From IMG/VR virus record IMGVR_UViG_3300042988_001343, positions 1 to 64,000 of that record: DNA of 64,000 nt; one strand, 5' to 3'. Under the pieces are notes generated by a model. That model did not search any database. It had not been told where the DNA came from and saw only the letters and a list, made by a program, of their open reading frames with translations. Both the position numbers and the translations under genes were made by a program. Source of the stretch: a virus. Below are positions 26,087 through 35,585 of this stretch, one piece after another (position 1 is the stretch's first letter; each line of letters starts with the position of its first letter).

Positions 26087-26640
26087 ACATTTTATTTCTA
26101 GATTTAGATGGACCAATGTTTTCAGAGCGAGGAAATGTGCTTCTTGGAAATAGAGGATGGATCCATCCTTCACTGGATGGATTTATTTCTCACTACTGGG
26201 AAATGGATCCTATTGCAGTTTCTATGTTAAATCGGCTTTATGAAATTCATCCATTTACTACTGTGCTGAGTTCTACTTGGAAAGAAAAACATACAAAAGA
26301 ACAGATTGTTGCTTTATTCTCAGTTAACAATCTAAATCTGCACCTACATGAAGAGTGGAAGACACCAAACATTGACGATAGGTATAGGAATACTCGAGGA
26401 TCGGAAATCGAAATGTGGTTGACTCATCATGTTGAAAAGTACAAGGTTGAGGATTACTTGATCTTGGATGATGCTTCATCCGGCGAAGAATTAGCTGACG
26501 AGTACAAATTGTCTAAGTTGAAGCTGGATCCAAAGAGTGTACATATAATCAACCTCTATGAAGGTATTGACTATTATACTTACCAAAATATGAAAGCCCG
26601 TGTTAATAAATGGGGCAAAGTATGTAGACCGTTGTGGTGA
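26083..26640 (+). CDS. HAD-superfamily hydrolase
   Basis: FLDLDGPMF motif I, VLSST motif II, LILDDAS motif IV. Confidence 0.5.
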   Translation: MNILFLDLDGPMFSERGNVLLGNRGWIHPSLDGFISHYWEMDPIAVSMLNRLYEIHPFTTVLSSTWKEKHTKEQIVALFSVNNLNLHLHEEWKTPNIDDRYRNTRGSEIEMWLTHHVEKYKVEDYLILDDASSGEELADEYKLSKLKLDPKSVHIINLYEGIDYYTYQNMKARVNKWGKVCRPLW

Positions 26641-26644
26641 CATT

Positions 26645-27196
26645 ATGAAATATTCATACACTTTTAATACTCCTGAATGGTTAGACACTGCATATGCTAC
26701 AACCAAGTATGCTTGGCGATCACTCAAATGGTTGATTAATCCTTGTAGATGTAGTAGCTGTGGAGTAAAAGTACCAAACAATTCTGTAAAGTATGAAATC
26801 AACGATCCTTTTATGCTAGCAGTTGAACACTTGGGAAATAATGTATTGTGTCCTAAGTGTATAATTGCTGGTATGCAGAAACCATATAAACCAAGGTACA
26901 AAGATCGTTACAATGTAAAAAACAAATGTGATTGTTGTGGTAAGAGGAAAATTTCTTACAAGATTTTTGAAAATGAAGTTTGCAAGATTCATTACTGTAA
27001 GAACTCTTGGAACAGTAACCACATCTGTAATGATTGTGCAATCACTGTTATAACACTAGGATCAATCAAGACTTCACACTATGGATCAGATGGTTTTGGT
27101 ATGCACAGACCTATGAATAATAAAGGACTGTACCTACGAAGTGATGGTTCTGTTATGCTCTTCCAAAAAGTAAAATATTGTTTTGGAAGATGGTGA
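26645..27196 (+). CDS. Cys-rich zinc-finger-like hypothetical protein
   Basis: multiple CxxC pairs. Confidence 0.45.
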   Translation: MKYSYTFNTPEWLDTAYATTKYAWRSLKWLINPCRCSSCGVKVPNNSVKYEINDPFMLAVEHLGNNVLCPKCIIAGMQKPYKPRYKDRYNVKNKCDCCGKRKISYKIFENEVCKIHYCKNSWNSNHICNDCAITVITLGSIKTSHYGSDGFGMHRPMNNKGLYLRSDGSVMLFQKVKYCFGRW

Positions 27197-27200
27197 TCTG

Positions 27201-27262
27201 TTGACATTAAATCTCCACTTGTTTATAATGAACTCAATCGATAAAACAAGTGGAGATTTATC
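27201..27262 (+). promoter_or_regulatory. PeSL-like early promoter, perfect 13-bp inverted repeat
   Basis: TTGACA 27201-27206, TATAAT 27224-27229; atctccacttgtt/aacaagtggagat. Confidence 0.7.
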
Positions 27263-27958
27263 ATGGGATTCAGCTTCAACACGATGTATGATCAAGACAA
27301 TGCATTTTGTTTCAATGGCTTGATCAAAAACAATGGCTTCTTTAAGTCTGCCAAGCAACGTGATTTCTTGCTGGGTCGTGTATCTCAAGACCAAGATGAC
27401 TCTGCTCATGTAATTATGGGTACGTATCGTGGTATCACTGTAGAATCCGGTCAACGAGTATTTGATGTTTGCGGTACGATGACCTGGGCTGACTATGGTC
27501 GTAAATCCCATCGCCGTTGTGAACAATCTTATGTGTTCGACCAGCACGGCGTGGTTGCAAAGTATAAATTGCACTTTGTATATGAGGATGGCAAATCCTC
27601 AATCAATCCCTCAAAAACTGAATTAGTATGGAAACGTGATTTTTCCAAAGAAGCACCGGTGCTTGTTGCAGAAGTAAAGAGCAATGAGTGGATCGGCAAT
27701 GTTGGCGACAAAAAGGTTGTTTTCTCTGGTAAAGTAAAGAATATCAATTGGTATGCTGGTCAGGTTGGTTGGACAAAAACTATGACCATGTTTATCAATG
27801 TTGAAGACTTCGATGGTAACATTATTGTTTGGAAATCTTCCAAGTCTGTAGATATTCAAGAAGGTGAAGCCGTGATGTTTGAAGGAACAATCGTAAAGCA
27901 CTCTGAGTACCGCGGTAAGAAACAAACGATTGTTAATCGTTGTAAGAGGTTGCTGTAA
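27263..27958 (+). CDS. hypothetical protein
   Basis: 231 aa ORF. Confidence 0.55.
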   Translation: MGFSFNTMYDQDNAFCFNGLIKNNGFFKSAKQRDFLLGRVSQDQDDSAHVIMGTYRGITVESGQRVFDVCGTMTWADYGRKSHRRCEQSYVFDQHGVVAKYKLHFVYEDGKSSINPSKTELVWKRDFSKEAPVLVAEVKSNEWIGNVGDKKVVFSGKVKNINWYAGQVGWTKTMTMFINVEDFDGNIIVWKSSKSVDIQEGEAVMFEGTIVKHSEYRGKKQTIVNRCKRLL

Positions 27959-28281
27959 TGGGATATGCATACAGTAGAGTACTTGACAACCAGTTAAAGG
28001 ACTCTGTTAAAAAGAGTAAAGTTGCACAAATCCCATGGAAACAGGGTGAGTTAGTACAGGTTGTACTAGAGTATAGAGAAATTCGTAATATGCGACAACT
28101 TGGTGATACTAAGGTATTGTTATTCCGAGATCAGGATGGTTGGTTAGTTTATGTCCGTGCTCATGAATTTGATACAAGCCTATTGACTTTAAAGTTCCGT
28201 GATGTTATAATGATTGAAGGTCGAATCGGGAAGATTCGGTATGACGGATACACATTAGTACAAGCTAAGAGGTTTCTATGA
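27958..28281 (+). CDS. hypothetical protein
   Basis: 107 aa ORF, ATGG overlap. Confidence 0.5.
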   Translation: MGYAYSRVLDNQLKDSVKKSKVAQIPWKQGELVQVVLEYREIRNMRQLGDTKVLLFRDQDGWLVYVRAHEFDTSLLTLKFRDVIMIEGRIGKIRYDGYTLVQAKRFL

Positions 28282-28808
28282 ATCATACGAAAATTATTGC
28301 AGCAACACTTGCACTTACTTTGGTTGGTTGTGCTGAAAAGAAAGAACCACCATTGAAGCGAGAAGTTTCTGGTAAAATCACACAAGCTGCTCAAGCAAAG
28401 ATTATCAAGACATCAAAGAAATTATCACTCAGTAAACAAGACTTTCATTGTCTAGCAAAGAATGTATACCATGAAGCCGGAGTAGAACCATTTGCCGGCA
28501 AGGTTGCAGTAGCACAGATTACTCTAAATCGACTCAAAACTGGTCGCTGGGGTAAATCGGTTTGTGATGTAGTCTACTCAAAGGCTCAATTTTCTTGGAC
28601 ACTTAATCGTAAGTTGAAATATTCAGAACCAAAAGGAAAACTATGGGAAGATAGTATTGCTGCAGTTAATGAGGTAGCAAAAGGTATTCGAGTAAAGAGT
28701 TTAGATACCAGTCTTTGGTATCATGCAAATTATATTTCCCAACCGAAATGGGCAAATATGGATAAAGTCGTACAAGTGATCAATAAACATATTTTTTATG
28801 GAGTTTAA
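28278..28808 (+). CDS. SleB-like cell-wall hydrolase, predicted lipoprotein
   Basis: LALTLVGC lipobox; NVYHEAGVEPFAGKVAVAQITLNRL SleB motif. Confidence 0.65.
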   Translation: MNHTKIIAATLALTLVGCAEKKEPPLKREVSGKITQAAQAKIIKTSKKLSLSKQDFHCLAKNVYHEAGVEPFAGKVAVAQITLNRLKTGRWGKSVCDVVYSKAQFSWTLNRKLKYSEPKGKLWEDSIAAVNEVAKGIRVKSLDTSLWYHANYISQPKWANMDKVVQVINKHIFYGV

Positions 28809-28809
28809 A

Positions 28810-29679
28810 ATGACGAATGAAATTCAAATGCAGCACATCAACCGCGGTATCAAGGTAGTAAAATATGCAGGAATTGGTCTACTTGCAGTAATCTTGGCTT
28901 CTGGTGCATTCTCCATTGTTCCTGAGGGTACCCGTGGTGTCAAACTCCGAATGTCTGAAGCAGTAGGAGTTACAGGGACTGGTCTACAGTTTAAACTTCC
29001 TTTCTTTGAAAATGTTGTTCCTATTTCTGTTATGGCAGATTCAGTTGAAATCAAAAATGCTGAAGGTGGAACTAAAGATACACAACCAGTCCATACGAGT
29101 TTGGTTGTTCGCTATCGAATTGCAGAAAAAGATGTTCTAGAAGTATATAAAGAATATAGCAAAACTGGTGACCTCGATCAATATGTTGCTACTGCCACGG
29201 TAGAAGCATTTAAGGCTGTAACATCTCGTTATGATGCAACAGAACTAATCTCTAAACGTTCAGATGTATCTTTTGCCGTTCAGAAGGCAATTCAGGACAA
29301 GATTTCGAAGTACGGTGCTGAAGTTATTAATATTGATATGACTCAGTTTGCATTTGCTGCTGACTACATGAAGGCAATTGGCCAGAAGGTTACTGAAGAG
29401 CAACAGAAGCTGGCTGAAATCAATAAACTGGAACGCATCAAGGTTGAACAACAGCAGAAGGTTGTGACTGCACAAGCAGAAGCCGAGGCAAAGATTGCCG
29501 AAGCTAAAGGTAAGGCAGAGGCTGTTCGACTAGAAGCTCAGGCACTACAGTCTAATATGTCAATCCTTGAACTTCGTCGCATTGAAGTTCAGAAGATTCA
29601 AGCAGAACGTTGGGATGGTAAAATGCCAACTACTATGATGGGTAATGCTGTACCTATGATTAATCTTGGAGGCAAATAA
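28810..29679 (+). CDS. SPFH/band-7 (prohibitin/HflC-like) membrane protein
   Basis: N-terminal TM helix then SPFH-like region and coiled-coil C-terminus. Confidence 0.6.
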   Translation: MTNEIQMQHINRGIKVVKYAGIGLLAVILASGAFSIVPEGTRGVKLRMSEAVGVTGTGLQFKLPFFENVVPISVMADSVEIKNAEGGTKDTQPVHTSLVVRYRIAEKDVLEVYKEYSKTGDLDQYVATATVEAFKAVTSRYDATELISKRSDVSFAVQKAIQDKISKYGAEVINIDMTQFAFAADYMKAIGQKVTEEQQKLAEINKLERIKVEQQQKVVTAQAEAEAKIAEAKGKAEAVRLEAQALQSNMSILELRRIEVQKIQAERWDGKMPTTMMGNAVPMINLGGK

Positions 29680-29900
29680 TGACTGAAAATGAAGCAGTAG
29701 CAATCACTGATGATTCAGCTGAGTTGATCTTTATTGTTAAACATAAGTCAGGTCGAGCAGTAGTAATGAATATGGATAACAATATGGAATTTAGACCAGA
29801 TGTTTTTGATTCATATGAAAATGCTCGTAGTTGGGTTTATCATACACTAGGACTAAAGAAGTTACATGAGTTCTATGAGGAACAAAATGTCCCTGTTTAA
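29679..29900 (+). CDS. hypothetical protein
   Basis: 73 aa ORF. Confidence 0.45.
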   Translation: MTENEAVAITDDSAELIFIVKHKSGRAVVMNMDNNMEFRPDVFDSYENARSWVYHTLGLKKLHEFYEEQNVPV

Positions 29901-30147
29901 ATTTGCAGAAATGAGGAAAACTGGATATTGCGGAGTACTCGAGTATGGAGAAAAAACTATATCCTTTTCCGATTGGTGGAGTGGTGAGGGACTAGACATT
30001 CGACTAGACGAAAATGGAGACAATAGTATTTCACTTCATTTGGATGACCTTCATGCTATGATGGTAATTGCTGTTGCCACCGGGTCCATCGACTTAGAAG
30101 AAGTGTTGCTAGATTCTAAAAAGTTAAAAGAATCTATGGACAAATAA
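29887..30147 (+). CDS. hypothetical protein
   Basis: ORF, ATG 29887 after GAGG. Confidence 0.4.
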   Translation: MSLFKFAEMRKTGYCGVLEYGEKTISFSDWWSGEGLDIRLDENGDNSISLHLDDLHAMMVIAVATGSIDLEEVLLDSKKLKESMDK

Positions 30148-30188
30148 ATCCTCCAGTGTTATAATGAACTCATAGACACGGAGGATTT
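30137..30188 (+). promoter_or_regulatory. sigma70-type early promoter with 8-bp inverted repeat
   Basis: TGGACA 30137-30142, 17 nt, TATAAT 30160-30165; aatcctcc/ggaggatt. Confidence 0.5.
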
Positions 30189-30401
30189 ATGGTTACTATT
30201 AGCGACAAGGCAAGATTAATCGGCGAGTTACAACGTGAGTATGATGCTGTACTTGCAGACTCTGAGAAAGTCACTGAAGAAATCAAAGCACTAACTGCAG
30301 CTTTTCAAGTAGAACTTAGAAAGTTGTCAAATAAGCAAGTTGCTAATTCTGAAAAACTGGCTGCTCTGCAAGATACTATTGTGAAAGGTATGTATGTTTA
30401 A
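30189..30401 (+). CDS. hypothetical coiled-coil protein
   Basis: 70 aa ORF. Confidence 0.45.
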   Translation: MVTISDKARLIGELQREYDAVLADSEKVTEEIKALTAAFQVELRKLSNKQVANSEKLAALQDTIVKGMYV

Positions 30402-30660
30402 AAAGTTTATTCGGTGGTTATACTTCAGATCGACTTCTGATGGTCTAGTAAAAGCCACGTGTGAAGTCCGGCGGAGTGGTGCATTTGAATTCCAACTTCT
30501 TCCGGCTGAGAATGGTTATATTCTGACACGAAGCTGGTATGACAACATCAAAGACAAATCTGGTAGTCGCACTGTGCTGATCACTGATGATTGTGACATT
30601 TCAGTAGAGGTTGCACAATTTGTACAAATAGAAATGTTGAGAGGCATTAATGTTTCCTAG
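30394..30660 (+). CDS. hypothetical protein
   Basis: 88 aa ORF. Confidence 0.45.
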   Translation: MFKKFIRWLYFRSTSDGLVKATCEVRRSGAFEFQLLPAENGYILTRSWYDNIKDKSGSRTVLITDDCDISVEVAQFVQIEMLRGINVS

Positions 30661-30675
30661 GAATACAACACTATC

Positions 30676-31260
30676 GTGAATAAATTAAAGCAAACATTTA
30701 AAAGAGTAATCTCTAATACTATACAGCCAGGTTTTGATGATGGTGTATGGGTTTGTGGTGGTGCTGCCCTATCTTTGTATACTGACGATTTTAGACCGTG
30801 TCAAGATATAGATGTCTATTGTAGATCAGTATCACATTCAAATGTTGTACAAAATATGTTGCTTGCTGATGGGTATGCCAAGTCTTATACAACAGATAAT
30901 GCCATAACTTTTTCAAATCTGAATCTTACTAATTATCCTAAGGTGCAATTAATCATCAGGAATTTTGACTGTGTTGATGATGTACTAAACTCTTTTGATA
31001 TCACAATCTGTAAAATCGCTGTAGACTCAAAATTTAATTTTAGGCTAAATGGAAGTACTAAAAATGACATCAAAAACAAAGTCATCAGGTTTAATTCATC
31101 ACCCGGTAATAGCAACGGTAAGTACTTGGTCAAAAGACTTACTAAGTATTATGTTAGAGGATACAATCCCTCAAAGGAACTTATCGAATATATGTGCAGG
31201 AACAAAGATCATATACAATGGAACTATAGAGGATTGGAAATTGGAGCAGGCGACTCATGA
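30676..31260 (+). CDS. possible Pol-beta-superfamily nucleotidyltransferase
   Basis: VCGGAALSLYTDDFRPCQDIDVYC resembles GS..DxD NTase motif. Confidence 0.35.
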   Translation: MNKLKQTFKRVISNTIQPGFDDGVWVCGGAALSLYTDDFRPCQDIDVYCRSVSHSNVVQNMLLADGYAKSYTTDNAITFSNLNLTNYPKVQLIIRNFDCVDDVLNSFDITICKIAVDSKFNFRLNGSTKNDIKNKVIRFNSSPGNSNGKYLVKRLTKYYVRGYNPSKELIEYMCRNKDHIQWNYRGLEIGAGDS

Positions 31261-31264
31261 GTCA

Positions 31265-31540
31265 ATGACACTTTCTATGATGACAGATGAGCCAATCATA
31301 GAGGGTGAAACTGTCTACTGGAAAGGAGTCGAGTTACCAAAGCGAGTGGCTTGGATGATCGTGTCTAGTATCATCCTTACGTGCCATGTAGCTAACGACA
31401 ACCTACCAGATGAGTACCGAGAATTAAGGTACTATATTCAAGAACACAACTCTTGGATAGATTCATTAGTCCGACAAGCAGAAGATGAACAACAGGAAGT
31501 ATGCCAAAAATTATTTGAAAATTTTTTCCTAACCGATTGA
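31265..31540 (+). CDS. hypothetical protein
   Basis: ORF-track 31049 start overlaps upstream gene; ATG 31265 with GGAGCAGG SD more likely. Confidence 0.35.
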   Translation: MTLSMMTDEPIIEGETVYWKGVELPKRVAWMIVSSIILTCHVANDNLPDEYRELRYYIQEHNSWIDSLVRQAEDEQQEVCQKLFENFFLTD

Positions 31541-31607
31541 CAAATAATCGTCACTATTATACAATGATTATGTAGATTGATTGAACATACTTTTTCTGGA
31601 GATTACT
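31537..31607 (+). promoter_or_regulatory. sigma70-type promoter
   Basis: TTGACA 31537-31542, 17 nt, TACAAT 31560-31565. Confidence 0.5.
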
Positions 31608-32717
31608 ATGACTACTACGAACAAGACCCTGACTTCCAAAGAAATCAAGACCGCCCTCCGTTATGCTGTTAAGGCAAAGCGCCCAGTTATGATCAAGTCA
31701 GGTCCTGGTGTAGGTAAATCTGATACGGTTGCTGCACTGTGTCGTGAAATGGGTGGCATTCTGTATGATGTACGTCTGTCACAGATGGAACAGACTGACC
31801 TTCGTGGTATGCCGTACTTCAATAAAGACACCGGCAAGATGGAATGGGCTGCACCGGTTGATCTTCCAGATGCTGAGACTGCATCTCAATATCCAATCGT
31901 ATTCCTCTTCTTGGATGAAATGAATTCTGCACAACCATCTGTTCTGGCTGCAGCTTATCAGTTGATGTTGAACCGCAAGGTCGGTACATATTCTCTCCCA
32001 GAAAATTGTGTTATCCTCGCAGCAGGTAACCGTGAGGGTGACCGTGGTGTTGTATACCGTATCCCGAAACCACTGGCTAACCGCATGATCCACTTGGAAA
32101 TGCGAGTTGATTTTGAATCTTGGAACGAGTGGGCAATCGAAAACCGTATCCACCGTGACGTGGTTGGTTTTATTAACTTCTCCAAGGACAGCCTGTGTGA
32201 CTTCGACCCGAAAGACACTTCTGATGCATTCCCTACTCCTCGTACCTGGGAATACACCAGCGATATCCTTACCGAGGGTGTTGGTATGGATCTTGCAACA
32301 GAAACTGCTCTGATTGCTGGTACCATCGGTGAAGGCATGGCACTGAAATTCTTGGCACATCGTCGAATTGCTGCTGATATGCCTAACCCTTCTGATATCC
32401 TGTCTGGTAAGGTTAAGGAACTCAAGAATAAGGAAATTTCAGCACAGTATTCTTTGGTTACTTCCCTTATGTATGAATTGGCTGACTTGAATGACAAGGT
32501 TAAAGCCAAGACTGCAAAGGAGGATGAATTCCACGAAGCAGCTGATAACATGCTTGGTTTCATTCTTGATAATCTGACCATGGAACTACAGGTTATGGGC
32601 ATGCGAGCTGGGTTGCAACAACTCCAACTTCCATTCCGCCCGAACAAGTTGCAGAACTTCAAGCGCTTCCACGAAGGTGCTGGTAAGATTGTGATGAAAT
32701 CACTCAAGAATGACTAA
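31608..32717 (+). CDS. MoxR-like AAA+ ATPase (CobS-like)
   Basis: Walker A GPGVGKS, Walker B FLFLDEMN, AAA_5-like. Confidence 0.75.
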   Translation: MTTTNKTLTSKEIKTALRYAVKAKRPVMIKSGPGVGKSDTVAALCREMGGILYDVRLSQMEQTDLRGMPYFNKDTGKMEWAAPVDLPDAETASQYPIVFLFLDEMNSAQPSVLAAAYQLMLNRKVGTYSLPENCVILAAGNREGDRGVVYRIPKPLANRMIHLEMRVDFESWNEWAIENRIHRDVVGFINFSKDSLCDFDPKDTSDAFPTPRTWEYTSDILTEGVGMDLATETALIAGTIGEGMALKFLAHRRIAADMPNPSDILSGKVKELKNKEISAQYSLVTSLMYELADLNDKVKAKTAKEDEFHEAADNMLGFILDNLTMELQVMGMRAGLQQLQLPFRPNKLQNFKRFHEGAGKIVMKSLKND

Positions 32718-32857
32718 TGGTATATCCATTGAGGCAGATAAACTAAAGGATGCCACCAGAGATACTCAACTCTGGTGGATCATTCGATATACTGCCAAAA
32801 CTGATCCAGTACTCCAAGAGTTATTGGATCAAGTCATTTTATATTATAGGTTAAAGT

Positions 32858-33193
32858 ATGAATCCAAAAAATCCAAATAGTACACTCGTTCCTGATGCTT
32901 CCCAAATGTATACCACAATTACTGGTGGATTTAGTCAGGGATATGTCCCACCACAAGTAAACCAAGTACACATGGGATCAGGTGGCTCTGGTGGATACAT
33001 TAGTGGAAGTCTAGAGCTCAATAACATCAAAGAGATTCTACACGAAGTATCTAAAAGGATGTGCACGATAGAAGATAGACTTGCAATCCTCAAGCCAGAC
33101 AAAGTTCTACTCAATAAACATCCTCAGCTACAGGATGCATACAACCACTACAAATTAATGGAACAATTATTGTCTGAATCTGTAGACAAATAA
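32858..33193 (+). CDS. hypothetical protein
   Basis: 111 aa ORF. Confidence 0.5.
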   Translation: MNPKNPNSTLVPDASQMYTTITGGFSQGYVPPQVNQVHMGSGGSGGYISGSLELNNIKEILHEVSKRMCTIEDRLAILKPDKVLLNKHPQLQDAYNHYKLMEQLLSESVDK

Positions 33194-33243
33194 GTAGTGT
33201 TATGTTATAATGGTTCTATGGTAACTAATCGGGATTGAATGAA
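33183..33243 (+). promoter_or_regulatory. sigma70-type promoter
   Basis: TAGACA 33183-33188, 17 nt, TATAAT 33206-33211. Confidence 0.45.
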
Positions 33244-34464
33244 ATGGACAAGAAACTGCAAGCCGAAGCCCTAGAAAAACTTACAGTGGCACGAGTAAAG
33301 ATGCTCTTCCAAACTCCGTTCTGGGGTAATATTGCTACTCGTTTTGCACTAGAGGCCAATGATGACTGGTGTACAACTGCGGCTACTGACGGCAAGAAGA
33401 TTTATTACAATCCAGAATTCATTATGAAGTTGACTGATAAGGAATGTATTTTCCTTATTGGCCACGAAGTTCTGCACGTAATCTATGACCACCTTGGTCG
33501 ATTCGGTGACCGTGATAAGCAACTCTCTAATATTGCTGCTGATTACTGTGTAAATGCTACTCTTGTTACTGAACGACTCGGTGAACTTATCCATACCGTG
33601 CCAGTTCTGTATGACAAGAAGTACCATGAGTGGTCTTTCGAGCAGGTCTATGACGATCTGTTGCAGAATGCAGATCAACTTCAAATGTCTGGTGCTGGTG
33701 GTCTTGGAGATAAAGTCCTAGATGACCACTTGGATGGTGATGGTGACGGTGAGTCAGATGGTGAAGGTGAAGGAGGTAATGGTGGTAAACCCAAGCTTTC
33801 CAAAGATCAACTCCAAGAAATCCAAAACGATATTCGTTCTGCTATCCTCAGTGCAGCACAAGCAGTAGGTGTTGGTAATGTACCTGGTAACCTGAAGCGG
33901 TTCATCAAAGACCTTACCGAACCGAAGATGGATTGGCGCACTGTCCTGCATCAGCAGATTGAATCCCAACTTCGTAATGACTTCACTTGGATGAAACAAT
34001 CCCGTCGTAGTCAATCTTGTGATGCATTCCTTCCGGGTCGCCGTAAGGATCCAGCTGTAGAAGTTGATCTTGCTCTTGACATGTCAGGTTCCATTGGTGA
34101 AGCTGAAATTCGGTCATTCTTCTCTGAAGTACAAGGCATTATTTCCCAATTCGGTGCATATAAGATTTCCGTGCTGTGCTGGGATACTAAGGTATATAAC
34201 TACAAAGAGTATACAGAGGATGATTCAGAAGGTCTGATGGAATATGAACCAATGGGTGGTGGCGGTACTGATGCATCGTGCATCTTTGAATTCTACAAAG
34301 ATATGGACAAGGTACCAAAACAGTTGGTTGTCTTTACTGACGGTGAAATTTACAACTGGGGTGATCCAGATTTTTGTTCTACTTCGTGGATTATCAAAAA
34401 TCGCTATAGAAAAAACATCGTAGCACCATTCGGTGATACTTTCTATGTAGATGAGGACAAATGA
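33244..34464 (+). CDS. vWA-domain protein with N-terminal HExxH metallopeptidase-like domain (CoxE/CobT-like partner of MoxR)
   Basis: HEVLHVIYDH; vWA MIDAS DLALDMSGSIG. Confidence 0.65.
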   Translation: MDKKLQAEALEKLTVARVKMLFQTPFWGNIATRFALEANDDWCTTAATDGKKIYYNPEFIMKLTDKECIFLIGHEVLHVIYDHLGRFGDRDKQLSNIAADYCVNATLVTERLGELIHTVPVLYDKKYHEWSFEQVYDDLLQNADQLQMSGAGGLGDKVLDDHLDGDGDGESDGEGEGGNGGKPKLSKDQLQEIQNDIRSAILSAAQAVGVGNVPGNLKRFIKDLTEPKMDWRTVLHQQIESQLRNDFTWMKQSRRSQSCDAFLPGRRKDPAVEVDLALDMSGSIGEAEIRSFFSEVQGIISQFGAYKISVLCWDTKVYNYKEYTEDDSEGLMEYEPMGGGGTDASCIFEFYKDMDKVPKQLVVFTDGEIYNWGDPDFCSTSWIIKNRYRKNIVAPFGDTFYVDEDK

Positions 34465-34892
34465 AAATTTTGATCATGGGACTACCGGGGTCAGGCAAGA
34501 CTTCTATTGCCTCTTCCATCTGGCAACTGCTTAATATTCCATGGTATAATGCAGATGAAATCCGCAAACTCAACAATGATTGGGATTTTACTACTGCTGG
34601 TAGACTTAGACAGGCTAAGAGGTTGTCAGACCTGTGTAATTTGCACCCTATAGCCATGGCAGATTTTGTTTGTCCGACACCAGAAACGAGGGTAATTTTT
34701 TCTGCTGATTATGTTATATGGATGAATACGATTAAGAGCGGTAGGTTTGATGATACCAATAAAGTATTTGTCCCACCTGATGATGCTGACTTAGTAATTA
34801 ATTCCTTTGAAGATGTTCCTAAAGCAATAGGTGTAATTTATAAATTATATCAGCAAGTCACAAATGAAGCGATTAGTTGTAAGTCAAACTGA
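34461..34892 (+). CDS. P-loop NTPase/kinase
   Basis: Walker A GLPGSGKTS at N-terminus. Confidence 0.5.
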   Translation: MKILIMGLPGSGKTSIASSIWQLLNIPWYNADEIRKLNNDWDFTTAGRLRQAKRLSDLCNLHPIAMADFVCPTPETRVIFSADYVIWMNTIKSGRFDDTNKVFVPPDDADLVINSFEDVPKAIGVIYKLYQQVTNEAISCKSN

Positions 34893-35100
34893 TTTTTGGG
34901 ATAAGAATAGAACATCTATCCAATCTATGTTCGGCAGAGCCATATTTGTAAGCAGTGTGGACAATATACCTCCTTACTTAATAAAAAGAGGACATAGGTT
35001 ATTCTACAGCTACAATGAATATTCAGACAAAAGGACTCTGCTATTTTTATATGACGAGGACTTACTGATGTTTATGATGAAATATGAAAGTATGTTATGA
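34864..35100 (+). CDS. hypothetical protein
   Basis: 78 aa ORF. Confidence 0.4.
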   Translation: MKRLVVSQTDFWDKNRTSIQSMFGRAIFVSSVDNIPPYLIKRGHRLFYSYNEYSDKRTLLFLYDEDLLMFMMKYESML

Positions 35101-35324
35101 GGTATGTTAATAAGAATTTTGTGAAGCATTGGCACCCGGTACACATCAAAGTTGACAGACTATTTGAAATGCATGTTTGGTGCCAACAAAACGGTTCACA
35201 ACGTGGTAGGTTTGGTAAAGAAACAAAATTCAAGGGTAAGAGTATTGTTGTCCTTGAGGATGCATCAACATATTATTTTGAACTAGCAGAGGATGCTGTC
35301 CTCTTTGCTTTAAACTTTGGGTGA
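35097..35324 (+). CDS. hypothetical protein
   Basis: 75 aa ORF. Confidence 0.45.
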   Translation: MRYVNKNFVKHWHPVHIKVDRLFEMHVWCQQNGSQRGRFGKETKFKGKSIVVLEDASTYYFELAEDAVLFALNFG

Positions 35325-35330
35325 AATATA

Positions 35331-35540
35331 ATGGGATTGACATTTAAAGATGCTGTAGTATTTGGTGGAAAAGAATATAAAATTCAGTGTGTAGAAATAT
35401 CAGGTGACAAATTTTGGGAAGTTTCTGATTATCTCAACCAAAACCAAATGCAATATCAGCGAGGAATTGACAAACTATTTGTCACAGAAGAAGTTGCTAC
35501 AATTGTTCAACTTAAATTTGGAAACTCTGTACAAGAATAA
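35331..35540 (+). CDS. hypothetical protein
   Basis: 69 aa ORF. Confidence 0.45.
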   Translation: MGLTFKDAVVFGGKEYKIQCVEISGDKFWEVSDYLNQNQMQYQRGIDKLFVTEEVATIVQLKFGNSVQE

Positions 35541-35585
35541 ATTTCTGTGTTATAATATCCTCATTAATCAAACAACGAGGTTAAC
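35529..35585 (+). promoter_or_regulatory. sigma70-type promoter
   Basis: TGTACA 35529-35534, 16 nt, TATAAT 35551-35556. Confidence 0.4.
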
